From NCBI GenBank assembly GCA_964016885.1, contig OZ024743.1, positions 60,698,001 through 60,762,000 on the forward strand: DNA of 64,000 bases. The letters are read 5' to 3'. The notes below the pieces were generated by a model, which saw only the letters and a list, made by a program, of their open reading frames with translations, searched no databases and was not told the DNA's origin. Position numbers and translations under genes: made by a program. The stretch's first letter is position 1; the number at the start of each line of letters is the position of its first letter. Of the stretch, positions 1 to 13,919 are shown piece after piece. The DNA comes from Eledone cirrhosa (Eukaryota).

Positions 1-370
1 TACACCAACAACAGCTGCAATAACAACACAATCACAACATTCTAACAACTACAACACCAACACAAATAACGTTACAATCAAGGCAACAACAGCAACTACA
101 ACACCACAATTACACAACAATATTAACACCAACAAATAGAAAACCACAAGTACACTGACGTGACAACTACAACACAAATAACCACCCCAAGAATAACATC
201 ATAATTATATCAGCAATATCACATCTATAACAACAGCTACTATTACAAATATATTACAATAACAATATTCACATCACAATTCCAAGAAAAATACTAACAG
301 CCACATTACAACCAGAACTACAATACTAACAACATCACCATTTCAAAAATATTAAATATCAACATCACAG

Positions 371-694
371 GACACGTTTTCCGCCTCCAACTTAGTCGCT
401 TCAGTCACAAAGACCCCCATACCGCGGTCCATAAAGCAGACGACAGGAAGACAAGCAAATACCAGGGTTTGTCCGGTCGCTTCCTTTTTGCACCAGTCGC
501 CGTCAAGATCTCAGGCGTCCTCGGAGCCCGTACAGCTGAGCTCCTCCACAGAATCGGAACGTTAGCAGCCTGTCTGAAGAAGGAGCCCCCGCGAAGTGGG
601 GTGGCTGTTGCAGCGAGTGTTGTTGGCCATTGCCCGCAGAAATGTCTTTGCAGTTTCGTCGACGGGGTGCAGCCGAAATACCGCCGCGACCTAA
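371..694 (+). pseudogene. 3' fragment of a CRE-clade (restriction-like endonuclease) non-LTR retrotransposon, frameshifted
   Basis: Reading across two frameshifts gives DTFSASNL...KADDRKTSKYQGLSGRFLFAPVAVKISGVLG...LLHRIG...EPREVGWLLQRVLLAIARRN, matching the RLE C-terminal pattern K..KY..L...F.P.AVET.G..G...QR.S.AI.RGN. Confidence 0.65.
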
Positions 695-905
695 GCACAG
701 AATCTGTCACCTCTCCCTTTTCTCTACTCTTCTCCCGTTGCCTTATAGTCCTTGCTCTTTCCCTCCTTTTCTTTACATTTATGTCATTCATAGTCCTTTC
801 CTTTACTTTACTACACAGCCAGATCTGCCCTTCTTTAACCTTTCCACTTTCTATTTCTATTACTCAATTTTGTTTTTGTTTGTTATATATATATATTTCT
901 ATCTT

Positions 906-1335
906 TGTATAACTTTTGTCTGTAAAATATAGTTGACATAATATGTTTATGTATTACAGATAACAAAATATTTCCACCATTGTATAACTTCTGTTTGTAA
1001 AATATAGTTGACATATGTTTATGTATTACAGATAACAAAATATTTCCACCATTGTATAACTTCTGTTTGTAAAATATAGTTGACATAATATGTTTATGTA
1101 TAACAGATAACAAAATATTTCCACCATTGTATAACTTCTGTTTGTAAAATATAGTTGACATAATATGTTTATGTATAACAGATAACAAAATATTTCCACC
1201 ATTGTATAACTTCTGTTTGTAAAATATAGTTGACATAATATGTTTATGTATAACAGATAACAAAATATTTCCACCATTGTATAACTTCAGTTTGTAAAAT
1301 ATAGTTGACATAATATGTTTATGTATAACAGACAT
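906..1335. repeat. 75-bp minisatellite, ~5.7 near-identical copies
   Basis: Unit ttgtataacttctgtttgtaaaatatagttgacataatatgtttatgtataacagataacaaaatatttccacca; one copy has a 3-bp deletion; explains the 25-aa periodic ORF 883..1338. Confidence 0.95.
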
Positions 1336-1679
1336 CAAAATAAAATAAAGGACAAAATCTTACATAAAAGATTTTCTGGCATTTAGCCTCATGTTTTTAT
1401 GTTAAAAAAATACAATATTATTCATAACATCACAATGACGACAACACATTTAACAACATTTCTACAATAACAACGACAATATTAACAAAGACATTATTAA
1501 GATGCACATCATCATGATAACTTCAAGAACACCAAAAACAATTTTGACATACGTAACTCCACAGCTTCAACATTCACAACATTCACATCACAATACTACC
1601 ATTTATAAATGGCATCAGTAACATTAGCAAACACTACAATAAAGCCTCACAACAACTGCAACAACTCAACAACGTTAAC

Positions 1680-2925
1680 CATGTCAACACACACTGACAC
1701 AACATCATAGCTACGACATCACAACAACAACTGCAACCATATCAACACAAACTGACACAACATCATAGCCACGACATAACAACAACTGCAACCATATCAA
1801 CACAAACCGACACAACATCATAGCCACGACATCACAACAACAACTACGATATCAACACAAACTGACACAACATCATAGCCACGACATCACAACAACAACT
1901 GTAACCATATCAACACATACTGACACAACATCATAGCCATGACATCACAACAACAACTACGATATCAACACATACTGACACAACATCATAGCCACGACAT
2001 CACAACAACAACTACGATATCAACACATACTGACACAACATCATAGCCACGACATCACAACAACAACTACGATATCAACACAAACTGACACAACATCAGA
2101 GCCGCAGCAGCACAACAACTGCAACAACACAACAACTTCAACCATGTCAACATACATTCACACTATTTCATAGCCACGACATTACAACAAATTCAACCAT
2201 ATCAAATCATACAAAAACAACACCATAGTCACTGCTTCACAACAACAACCATATCAACACACACAGACACAACATCACAACCAATGCATCACAAGAACAA
2301 CTACTATATCAACACACACTGGCACATCATCGTAAATACAGCATCACAACAAGAACCATATCAACGCACAGGCACAACATCATGACCACTGCCTCACAAC
2401 AACTTTATCATCACACATAGACACAACACCGTAGCTACAGCATCACAACTACTATATCAACACACAGATACAACATCATAACAACTGCATCACAACTACT
2501 ATATCAACACACAGATACAACAGCATAACAACTGCATCACAACAATCATATCAACACTCACAGACACAAGATCATAACCACTGCCTCACAACATTTCCAA
2601 TCATATTAAAACACAGACACATCATCATAGCCACTACATCACAACTCCAACTTTATCAACACACACAGACACAACATTATAACCACTGCCTCACAACAAC
2701 AACCATACTAACACATACAAACACAGCAACAAAGCTACGGCATCACAACAACATGCATATGAACACAGAGAGGAACAACATCATAGCCATTGCATCACAA
2801 CAACAACCATATCGAACACAATCAGGCACAGTATAATAGCCACGACATCACAACTCCAACTATATCAACACACACAGACACAACATCATAACCACTGCCT
2901 CACAACCTCAACCATATCAACAATA
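1680..2925. repeat. ~55-bp ACA-rich minisatellite, degenerate at the edges
   Basis: tgacacaacatcatagcc recurs at 1921, 1976, 2031 (period 55). Confidence 0.85.
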
Positions 2926-3167
2926 TTCTCAGGCATATCAGAGCCTTAGCGTTGCAACATCAACAGCAACAGTAACAACATCCACAGATGATGCAATGAG
3001 CAGGCTACTATGTGGTCAGTGAAAATGGCACAAAATAGCAGCCAAATATTGTTTAATTTTACACTTTCTAACAACATTGAATAATGAACACTGGATATTG
3101 TAATCAGTGTGCTCACAACTGAAACAGTTGAGTTTTAAGTCTATTCAATCAAAGCTGAGCTGAAGCC

Positions 3168-3168
<1 letters not shown>

Positions 3169-3245
<77 letters not shown>

Positions 3246-3279
3246 TTGCTGCTGTTGCTGCTGTTGCTGCTGCTGCTGC
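3169..3279. repeat. Compound trinucleotide microsatellite (AAC)n(TAC)n(TGC)n
   Basis: Direct reading. Confidence 0.95.
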
Positions 3280-3449
3280 ATCTACAAAACAATTACTCGA
3301 CTAAAATAACAAGCACAACATAAAATGCACAGCCAGTTCTTCAACTGAAATAGTTACAAAAAAATAGCAACTATCAAAAATGCCAACAACAACAAAAGCA
3401 AAAAAAATATCCACATCAAAAATACCAAGACGAACCTTTACGTAATCGC

Positions 3450-3775
3450 TAAACTTACTAGAAAGAGCAGTCAAATCTCCCTCAAATTCCACTCAAAAGT
3501 CAACAAAAAGGACGCGTTGAATAATATAATTTGGGGTTGCATGGACGTAAGAAAATGACGGACAGGCCATGCCTCCTAACCTAGAGCTAAACAACAACAG
3601 TAACAATATATAAAAAATAGAGAGCTGATAAAGAAACATCTGCATGGCCCTCGACCAGCTAGAAATAGCAGGCGAATTTTCGTAAAAACCACACCCTAGC
3701 ATCTTTAAAAAAAAGGGAGGGATGACACTTGTAACTAGATGGGCTTAGATATACAAACAACGGAGTGTGTTAGCT
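3450..3775 (+). mobile_element. Two degenerate copies of a short interspersed repeat (ctagaaatagcagccaaat... family)
   Basis: Similar segments at ~26880, ~52090 and ~52620. Confidence 0.5.
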
Positions 3776-3900
3776 TGAATGTCTTATGTGTGTGTGATGT
3801 GTGTGTGTGTGTGCGTGTGTGTATGGTGTTTGCGTTTGTCTTTAACTGTGTCTGTGTGTGCGTGTGTGTACGCGCGTGCGAGTGTATCTGTATATATATG

Positions 3901-3937
<37 letters not shown>

Positions 3938-3998
3938 CACACACATATATATATATATATACAGAAAGAGACGGAGAGCGAGAGAGAGAGAGATGGAG

Positions 3999-4071
<73 letters not shown>

Positions 4072-4087
4072 GATAGATAGATAGATA

Positions 4088-4220
4088 ATTTTCTTTTTAT
4101 TTGCCACCAGGGCATCAAAAAGTGGGACAAGTACAATGGGGGGAGTTTACATAACAAGGCGTCCTCAATAAGGAGGAGGCAATAACAAAATACAAAAATA
4201 AAATAAAATATAACAAAATA
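4088..4220 (-). mobile_element. Tx1-like LINE 3' UTR fragment inside (AGAT)n
   Basis: Near-identical to 15810-15940, the 3' end of the Tx1 copy; (AGAT)n on both sides. Confidence 0.85.
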
Positions 4221-4539
4221 GATAGATAGACCAGTTCATAGCTGACCTAGGGTTAAAGAATGACAGCAATATAAGTAACCACAGAGAGCTAGGATGCAGC
4301 AAAAGAAACGATAACTATAGTTAAAACCATAAATCATCATCATCATGATAAGCATACACATGGTGATATAAAGAGAGAACTTACCGACAATAAACGCCAA
4401 TTAGCGACATAGCAGCTGTGTTAAGACGAAACACTGTTAACAGTTAGTGTTGTGTCCAAGGAGAAGAGAGAAGATTTGAAATAGAAAGAAATGACGGTTT
4501 GAAAATAACTGGAATGGTTTAGTACAGGAGGAGCAGCGG

Positions 4540-4676
4540 GGTGAGAGAGAGAGAGAGTGTGTGTGTGTGTGTGTGTAAGTGAAAGTGGGTTGGGAGAGAG
4601 AGAGAGTGTGTATACGTGAAAGAGGGTTAGGAGAGAGAGTGAGAGAGAAAGAGCGTGTGTATATGTGAAAGAGGGT

Positions 4677-4718
<42 letters not shown>

Positions 4719-4940
4719 TGTGTATAAGTGAAAGAACGTTGGGTGAGAGAGAGAGAGCGTAAGTGTATAAGTGAAAGGGTTAGGAGAGAGAGAGAGTGTG
4801 TGTATAAGTGAAAGAGGGTTAGGAGAGAGAGAGAGAGAGAGAGAGAGAGTGTATAAGTGAAAGAGAGTTAGGAGAGAGAGAGAGAGAGAGTGTGTGTGTA
4901 TAAGTGAAGGAGTGTTGGGTGAGAGAGAGAGGGGAGAGGA
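4540..4940. repeat. GA-rich minisatellite (gtgtataagtgaaagagggttagg + (GA)n), ~8 units
   Basis: Direct reading. Confidence 0.8.
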
Positions 4941-5119
4941 TAGAGCAGTGGTAGAAGTATATAGAGACAAGGAAAGCATAGAACTACAACACGCTCACGT
5001 CACATCCTTTCATATTCTGTTATAGAGCCACTTGTTTAGTAACATTGTAGATGATGTGTATATACTACATTAACACCTTATCTTTTCAACATGAACATAG
5101 ATATATAACACGTGTATGG

Positions 5120-5121
5120 AT

Positions 5122-5156
<35 letters not shown>

Positions 5157-5730
5157 CACACACACACACAAACACACACACTCACACATTCATACACACA
5201 CTCACACACCCACATACACACACACACACACACATACATTTTCACACACATTCACACACACATCCATACACACACTCACGCACTCATATATACACACACA
5301 CACACTTTCACAGACGCAGACACTCACACACACTCACACACACTCTCACACACACACATACACAAACACGCAAACAGACACACTCACACACATACATTCA
5401 CATACATTCACACATACTCACATACACACACTCATACACACACACACTCATACACACACACACACATAAATAAGTACATTGCAGTGATACATATACACCG
5501 TACACGTGTATGGATACACACACTCACACACACACTCACATACAGACACTCACATACACACTCACACACATTCACACACATTTATACACTAACACACACA
5601 CACTCACGCATACACACACACACTCACACATACCCTCTGAAACACACACACACGCTCACATACATTCACACACACACTAACACCCACACTCACACATACA
5701 CACACACACTCACATAGTCACACACACTCA
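5120..5730. repeat. Degenerate (CA)n low-complexity tract
   Basis: Direct reading; source of the His/Thr ORFs. Confidence 0.9.
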
Positions 5731-5842
5731 CGGAGATAGAGAGAAATAGAGAAAAAGAGCGATGTAATAGACAGATACATATAAGCCTTACGCATGTGTA
5801 TACATCACGTTAACACATTATCTTCTCAGCGTGAACACACAC

Positions 5843-5884
<42 letters not shown>

Positions 5885-6324
5885 GTATCTATCTATTTCT
5901 CTATATATGTATGTATAAATACATACGCACAGTTACACATATATATATATATATGTGTGTGTGAGTGTGTGTATATATATATATATATGTGAGTGTGTGT
6001 GTGTTCACAGAGCTACATATGTAGAATGATAGATATAGTCACACATACAGAAAGACATACCCATTACATATATAGATACATGCAATCATTATTTTATAAT
6101 ATAACCTCATTATCTTCTTTAGGCAAATACAGCTACACACAAACACAAACATTATGCACTACTTAAAAATATTATCTACTATACACAATTGTATACTTAT
6201 ATTTATATACAATAATAACTAGCTAATGAATATGTATGTATGTGTATGTATGTATGTATGAATGTATGTGTGTGTGTATGTATGTATGTGTGTATGTATG
6301 TATGTATGTTGTATGTATGTATGT

Positions 6325-6513
6325 CGGGTCACTATTGAGTGCTACTGGTAACATGTAACCCACTACAACCTGTCACATGATTGGGTCGTCGGCCACTAGA
6401 CACGCAACCCCACAATGTTTACTTGGTGAGGATGGTGATTTTGGGCACCCTGCAAGAAAAAAAGGAAAATCTGACAAAGGGCGGAAAAACTGACAAGTGT
6501 CAACAGCCATCCG
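6325..6513 (+). mobile_element. Interspersed repeat resembling an RTE-type LINE 5' region
   Basis: Homologous to the reverse complement of ~36470-36645; pieces of the same family at ~7830-8105 and ~30490-30720. Confidence 0.45.
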
Positions 6514-6673
6514 CAAATGTATAAATATGCATATACATATGTATGGAAAGTTATATTTAAATTGTTGGGTTACAACGAGTAAATATTTATAACTGATATA
6601 AAAGCACTCAACAAGTATTTGGAGTATATTTACGATATTAAATAAATGGAAATTATATTTATAAAACCATATC

Positions 6674-6739
6674 TATTTCATTATATATATTTCAGGGATA
6701 ACATATTAAAAATATGTTATGCCTTCTTCAGACAAAATA
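6674..6739 (-). ncRNA. Type I hammerhead ribozyme (family a), mirror copy
   Basis: Reverse complement of 6875-6940. Confidence 0.75.
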
Positions 6740-6874
6740 CAATATAAACAGTCTTATAAATAAATAGATTCGACATACCTTTCAACTTCGACTTGCATTT
6801 GAATCAACTTTTCAAATGCAAGTCGAAGTTGAAAGGTATGTCGAATCTATTTATTTATAAGACTGTTTATATTG

Positions 6875-6940
6875 TATTTTGTCTGAAGAAGGCATAACAT
6901 ATTTTTAATATGTTATCCCTGAAATATATATAATGAAATA
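6875..6940 (+). ncRNA. Type I hammerhead ribozyme (family a)
   Basis: tattttgt-CTGAAGA-aggcataacatatt/ttt/aatatgttatccct-GAAA-tatata-TA^-atgaaata; stems I and II pair; palindromic stem III. Confidence 0.75.
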
Positions 6941-7223
6941 GATATGGTTTTATAAATATAATTTCCATTTATTTAATATCATATACATATGTATATATGT
7001 ATTATATTATATTTAGAGTTTTAAACTCAAATGTATGTATGTATACACATATTTATATATATATGCTCGGGGACATAGAAATAACCGGGCTGGATAGCCG
7101 ATCGCGCGGTAAAACCAGGAAAGGGCAACTCAGGAAACTGGGACAAAAAACAAAACATGACAAAGAACTCATAAGAGTCAACGACTATCCAAAAAATGTG
7201 TAAATATGTATATACATGTATGC

Positions 7224-7298
<75 letters not shown>

Positions 7299-7326
7299 AA
7301 CAAAAGATGGTTAAAAGAGTTCCATG

Positions 7327-7397
7327 TATTTTATTATGCGCATTTCAAAAACAAATATCATCATGCAATAATATTTGTGTTTTCATCAGATAAAACA
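7327..7397 (-). ncRNA. Type I hammerhead ribozyme (family b)
   Basis: tgttttat-CTGATGA-aaacacaaatattat...atgatatttgttttt-GAAA-tgcgca-TA^-ataaaata; lies within fragment 7295-7458, homologous to the 43.9/45.3 kb arms. Confidence 0.8.
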
Positions 7398-8789
7398 GGA
7401 AGACATGATATGAAGGTTAAAAAACACTTGTGGATAGTTCAGTTTTAAATCAACATAGAGTGCTTCTTATCCGATATCTGCATTGCTTTATTGTACTACA
7501 ATAAAACTCACCTCCTACATATATATATATATAAAATCAAGGTCTAGCAAATAGAGAATAAGTTTTAAAATAAATTTTTAAAAAATGCGGTTTCATGCTC
7601 CAGAATAAACGGAAAATCCAAGCGGATTTTGATTGAGAAGGGAGCAATCTTCAGAAGGCTCTTCTCCCTCGGAGAATATAAAATTCCCAAGTTCAAATCA
7701 CATACTGACGCCATACAGAACCATTCCCAAATGAGAGCGGATAATGAAAGAAATAATTGTCTGGTGCCGTGTGCAAAGACAAAAGGCATGTGTGTGTGTA
7801 TATATATGTATGCATGTGTATGTATATCCCCGAGGACATAGAAATAATTGGGCTGGATACACGATCACGCAGTTAAACCACTGGGAGTGAAGGACCCCTA
7901 GGCTTTGTCAGGGCATTCTTCTAGAAGAAGGCAACTCAGGAAACTGGGATGACATAAAACCTACGGCTCAGTTGTTACCGATAATGTTGATCTTTTCTTC
8001 TTTTCGGGTTATAGCTACTGTCGCTCAGAGAGTGGGATTGGCTCAGTATACAGTCTTTCCTCACTTTAAAAAATATCTTCATGCACAGGCATTGCAAGAT
8101 GGCATTAATTGATAATTATTGATAATGTTATATCATGCAATGGCCATACTCGATAACGCGGGGACAGTCATCATGTAGGTATGTATAGGAATGTATTGGA
8201 TATCCGTCGATTTCGAAACGAGATTTGTAGTTCTTTGACCAACAGAACAGCAAAATTAACATGCAAATGGCTGAGCATTCCACAAGTGTATCCTTAAGTT
8301 AATTCAGCTGGACACAGTAACTAGAGAATTGGATTCACGATCGTGAGGTTGTGTATTCGATTCCCGGACCGGGCGATGTGTTATGTCCTTGGGTAAGACA
8401 CTTTATATCACGTTTCTCCTTCTACCTGGAGTTGCAACCAACAGAGAGTATTAGCAATTGGAAAGACGAATGGAAACATTTGACGAAAAGTCAATCGACT
8501 GTCTCATATATCAATCTTCCACGAACAATCGATCCTCTTAAACGACCGTAAAACATTGGACTAATTAACTACATATCTCTGACCATTGTTTTGCAAGAAC
8601 TGCAGCACAATATCTTTCAAAAGCCACTTTGGCTACTGCTAAGTCATATATAACTAAAATAACTATATGGGGGTGAGTGTGTGTGAGTGTGTGTGAGTGC
8701 GTGTGTGTGTTTGAAACCAATAGTCGCACATATATGTTAAGTGTATGAAACATTGTTTATACTATATACGTATATATATATATATATAG

Positions 8790-8875
8790 ACCCCTGGCGA
8801 AGTGGTAGAGTGCAGAGCTCACAATCGCAAGGTTGTGAGTTCAATTTACGGACCGAGCAGCGAATTGTGTCCCAT
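8790..8875 (+). mobile_element. tRNA-derived SINE head (family 2)
   Basis: A-box-like tggcgaagtggtag and B-box-like gagttcaatt; related copies at ~8325, ~13920, ~27345 and ~31090 (-). Confidence 0.55.
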
Positions 8876-9756
8876 GATAAATGCCCCTGACAATTACGTT
8901 AAGGGTGTACCTTAATTTCATGAGCAGGCAGTTACTTTGATAGAATCAACTGGAGCACTCGTAGTGTAATTTTCTATATATTGGGTGTCACCTCACCCTA
9001 CTGTTTCGAGGATATTCAATTTCCCACGACATTGTGTATCTGCAGTGCATTTATTTTTTTTCAATTTGCACCAGTCCACCCAGCTTTCAATAATGAACTG
9101 TACCTGTTATTCTTTGACCTTGTCACCCACTTAAACAAAATGGAACAGAATCTCCCTGACGAATAAGTTATGGATCTGTGCAATACCTACATTTTACTAT
9201 GTTAGCTTCTCGAGAAAGCTATTCTGTAATTCGAACTGAACCCATATTCAACATGCACACATACCTTTCGGAATAGACTTCTGACCATCTCAACCATGAG
9301 TACTCCAGTTGCTAGATCAACGAAACAGAATTCTCATGAAATTAACGTGTAAGTGGCTGAAAATTCTACAGACACGTGTACCTTTAATCAAGATTCAGCG
9401 ATACTCAATGCGTGACAATATTGGGCCCTTTGAATTTCAGGTGCAATCCATCCGACTGTCATCCAGACAGTACCCAATTTCACTCATAACTCATTGAACC
9501 ACCCGCGGCTATGTTAAATGATACTTGCGCAAGATGTCACAGGATCTAATCATTGTTTATGTGACATATTTATCATACGTCGATTGCTTGTCATTTCCTT
9601 GGACATTAACACGTAATTTACAATATCGCTGGTGTCAACATTGTACTTTGGCATCAGTAATTTTATCAATGCACCTATATGATTCAACACTGTCTCCCAC
9701 CTTCTCTTTCAATCTCCCGTTCTCTTGCTTTCTCTCCAATCTCCCTCTCTCTCTCG

Positions 9757-9840
<84 letters not shown>

Positions 9841-9964
9841 CTATCTACTTATCTCTAACGCCTGTTTACTCATATGATATATCTTTAAAAGCCTTCAAAG
9901 CTAACCTACAAATATTTATGGAAATGCGCGAGATCACACACTCAAATACACACACAAATTCATG

Positions 9965-10008
<44 letters not shown>

Positions 10009-10088
10009 TTATATTATATTCACATGATATCTACAGGACTATAACGGTTTTATTCATATCAATTCATCAGTACAATCCAGATGCTTTC

Positions 10089-10137
<49 letters not shown>

Positions 10138-10139
<2 letters not shown>

Positions 10140-10757
10140 AATGATGGTTGGCAAATCACTGATGAGGGACTAATTTTATAATATGTAATCCATGTGCAAT
10201 CACGCAGTATTCCTCTTCCCTTGTTTTTCATACATATTTACCTAGACTGCGATTATCTGTTTCTCTCTTTCTCTCCTACTGCTCCCCCGTTCTATCTGTT
10301 TCTCTTACCTTCTTTCGCCCCCTCTGTCAGTTACACTTTCTCTCGACTGACCTCTTCCTCGCACTTCCACTCACTCACTCTCTGTTTCTCCCCTTCTCAC
10401 TTTCTCCCGTTCGCTAGTAGTGGGGTTCCTTCTTTCTCACACCTCATTCACGGCGTACGGTCTGCTTTTCTGACGGCTCATGAAATAACTATGCTGACCG
10501 GATAACCATCATGTTGCTTGCTGTTTTTCAGACCTTCGGTTTGCTTTTCCTTCTTGTTGTTTACTTGTCTCACTCGCTTTACGCGATTCACTTGTCCCAA
10601 TAGCTTATTTTAGTTATTGCTCGCACCAACCTGAGGTATATGATTTTTAATGCGATGAAATAACAATGATGGTTGGCAAATCACTGCTGAGGGACTAATT
10701 TTATAATATGTAATCCATGTGCAACCACGCAGTATTCCTCTTCCCTTGTTTTTCATA
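10138..10757 (+). repeat. Partial tandem duplication (~95 bp at 10138 and 10664) between (TA)n tracts, pLTR-like
   Basis: caatgatggttggcaaatcactga(t/c)gagggactaatt...cccttgtttttcata occurs twice. Confidence 0.7.
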
Positions 10758-10763
10758 TGTATG

Positions 10764-10812
<49 letters not shown>

Positions 10813-11317
10813 GTATATATATATATACATATATGTGTGTGTGTGTGTGTGTGTTTGTAAGCGTGTGTGTTTGTGTGTCTTTCTGCATTATATATTTATA
10901 TTCAAAGTAGAGGGCGCAGTCCCATCTCCTCAGTCAACCTCTGAAAATCACTGCCGTTTTGGTTCATTATGGTTCACACTGTTCATTCCAGTGCATATTG
11001 GGTAGTACAAAACAGATAAAGACAAGTTATACCTTTAGGCTAATTACACAAATATAGATTGTGCAAGGGCTTAACCAAAGGAGAAAAATATATATAGAAA
11101 GGAGAGAATAGTAAGACAGAGAAGAAAAATAAAAACTGTAGTCCAACAGGTAGACAAGGAAGAACGATACTAAGGCGTAGAAAAGGAAAGAAGGGAGAAA
11201 GGGAGAATAGCGCAAAACAGGCCGGGTGGTATGATGTCTATTATATGACAGTTTTTAAAAAAAGCCCGCACGATTAAGTCTTTAGAATATAAATTCAATA
11301 TATATATATATATATAT

Positions 11318-13893
11318 TTCGAGGCGAAACACGAAGGCTGCGTGGTCAGAAGTAAATCACGAGCTCTAAGAAACGAGGGAGCAAAAGCTGTTAGCTGGGA
11401 CCGAGTGGCGGAAGCAAAAAGTGGCAACAAGTCCACGATTCGGTCTTTGAAAGACCAAAACGGACGCGTGCTACTTGACTCAGGCAGATGTGCGCGGCCT
11501 TTCGGTGGCACTTTGCGCGACTGTTTGAGCAGAACGATGGTGCACCGAACGGGGCAATGGACTTTCGTTCATATCTCGACGGCCTGCCGCGTCTCTCGAG
11601 CATGGACGCCGAGTTCTGCGAAAGACCGAACACAGCCACTGAGGTACTGGACGCTCTGGGCCGCTGCGGGAAACGCAAATCACCCGGTCTAGATGGTCTA
11701 CCCTATGAGTTTTACATAGGCATGCCGGACTTATTCTCTGGCGTCCTCGAAGCCGTCTACTGCAATTAGCAGCAGAACGGGACAATTCCCAGTTCTGCAG
11801 GCAAGGGCGTAGTAACACTGATCAGGAAAGACGAGAACAAGAGGGACGAAATAAACAATTTCAGGCCCATAACTCTGTTCAACACAGAGTTAAAGATTTT
11901 GGCCAAGGCTTGCATTTGTCGTCGAAAACCTGGTAGGGAAAGCGCAAACGTCTGCAATCCCGACCAGGTTCATAGACGATAACCTCCACCTCATGCGATA
12001 CATCATAGAGAGAGTGGGGTGTAAATCCGGCTTCGGTGGGGCTCTGATCAATTTAGATCAGTCTAAGGCATTCGATAGGGTCGACCATCGATACTTGGAA
12101 GCGGTTCTCAAGGCGGCCGGTTTCGGTCCCGTTTTCAGAGGCTGGAACAAGGCGATGCACACCAGCATCTTCTCGAAGGTCAAGGTGAACGGCTACCTGT
12201 CGGAGCCGTTCGCAACCACGCGTTCCAATCGACAGAGATGCCCTCTCTCCTCCATTCTGTACGTATTGACTCTAGAGCCACTACTGCGGAAGTTGGAGCT
12301 TTTGTAGGGCATCCCTTTAGAACCGGGATTGCGAAAAGCGGCGTCGGCTTATGCCAACGGCGTGACGGTAATGGGGTCGAAAACCTTGGAAATCGAGGTA
12401 ATCGGCAACCTACTACAGGAATACGAAAGGTTCACAGGAGCAAAACTGAACCCGGACAAGTCTGTCGGTTTGCAACTCGGAACGTGGAGAGGCAAACCGA
12501 TGCCGTCCGACGCTGGACGGAAGAACCGGTGAAATTGCTCGGAGTCTGGTTCGGTCCAAACCTCCAGGTGGAGAAAAACTGGAAAGAGGTCATGGCCAAG
12601 GTATTTCCGCTCACCTAGAAGTGGGCAGAGTGCAAATTGTCTTTGAAAGGTCGAGCGAAGGTGGCGAACACTTTCATAGCGTCCGTCATCTACTACCGCT
12701 TGACTGTCGTGCCTTGTCTCCGTGAATACCTCACCATGATGGAACGTATGCTCTTCCAGTTCCTGTGGAACAAGCAGGCTCCACTGGTGAGGAGATCCGT
12801 CTGCTGTCAACACCCTTCCAACGGAAGACTGGGCTTGCAGTGGCTAATGATGCGCAAACATGCGCTCAGGCTACGGCATATTCAGGTATTCCTCACCGAC
12901 CAACCGGTGTGGGCACCGTTTGTGAGACAGGCCTTCCCACAACTTGTCTCGCTGACGGAGCTGCAGTCCTGGGTCAAGCGAAGACCGAAGAAGATGGGCA
13001 CCTGGCACATTGAATACGCCCAGGCGCTCACAGTCTTCTGTCAAGCGGGCACAGCAATCAATGGGTTTACACTTCGACATTCTGTAGAGAGTTAGTACTT
13101 TACAAGTGCGACGACGTGCTCGAGGAGACTCTAGGCGTTGAAGACGACGAGCTCACCAGTCTGTTCGGTAGGACTTTACGTCCGGGACCTATGGACAATC
13201 CTATGGACAATTTCCAGAGGTCCCTGGCCTGGCAGTGCTACCGAGGAGCTCTATCCGTTCGACATAATATCTACAGGCACGGACGCCTCGGCAGGGATCC
13301 TTCCAAGAGGACGTGTCCAAGATGCGAGCAGGACATTGAAACCGTCTTGCACGCAATTGTACACTGCCCGGGCGTAAGGATCAAATCGCTAGCCTCTTTT
13401 AAAAACGAAAGAGAGGCGGTTTTCCTCTGTACAGTGGCTATGGTGAAAGAGGTTATATGGTGGACGAGATTGAGAAGACTGGGGACAGATGCCTTTCTCT
13501 CTGGACAACAATTGATTCCCTTTTTTAAGTATCACTTTAGAAGAAGAATCAGAGTGGAGAGAGAGGTACTGCACCCCAGTAAATTTACTGAAAGGTGGGT
13601 GAATGAAGCGAAAATGGCCCGAGTGATTGGGCCTTCTCTGTTTATAAGCCTGTAGGTTAAATAATTGAGCAAAAGGAAGAAGGGAACACTTGCAGAACAC
13701 GCTCCTGAAGTTGAGGGTTGTTCTATCGACGGGGTATTAAACAACCCATTTGTGGCGTCACCCCCCTATTGGGGATTTCGATTGTTATGATTGTTTGTTT
13801 TATTTTTATTTTTACACGACTGTATGTAAAATCCCCGGCATGTGTCTTTGTATTGTCCCCTTTTCTTGTGCTCCCTTGTGGCAAATAAAGAAA
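11318..13893 (+). mobile_element. 5'-truncated, decayed Tx1/L1-clade LINE (RT + C-terminal Cys motif) in (TA)n
   Basis: KSPGLDGLPYEFY, FRPITL, LDQSKAFDRVDH, RQ.CPLS, YADD mutated to YANG, CPRC...ETVLHAIVHC; several stops and frameshifts; ends gcaaataaagaaat(AT)n. Confidence 0.95.
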
Positions 13894-13919
13894 TATATAT
13901 ATATATATATATATATATG

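Larger units (their letters stand above)
6543..6980. mobile_element. Fold-back PLE pLTR-like element with ~170-bp perfect inverted arms
   Basis: 6634-6803 is the reverse complement of 6811-6980; the left extension recurs at 14924-15073; each arm carries an HHR. Confidence 0.8.

Noticed and set aside
883-1338. 151-aa ORF with a 25-aa repeat; also a superficial CRISPR-like look
   Set aside because: It is a 75-bp tandem minisatellite with no unique spacers; the frame is open only because the period is a multiple of 3
4620-4875. GGGTTAGG motifs suggesting telomeric repeats
   Set aside because: Single motifs within a GA-rich minisatellite, not tandem TTAGGG
3735-5717. Many His/Thr, Tyr/Ile, Val/Cys and Leu/Ser ORFs here and throughout the window
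   Set aside because: Translations of (CA)n, (TA)n, (GA)n and (AGAT)n microsatellites
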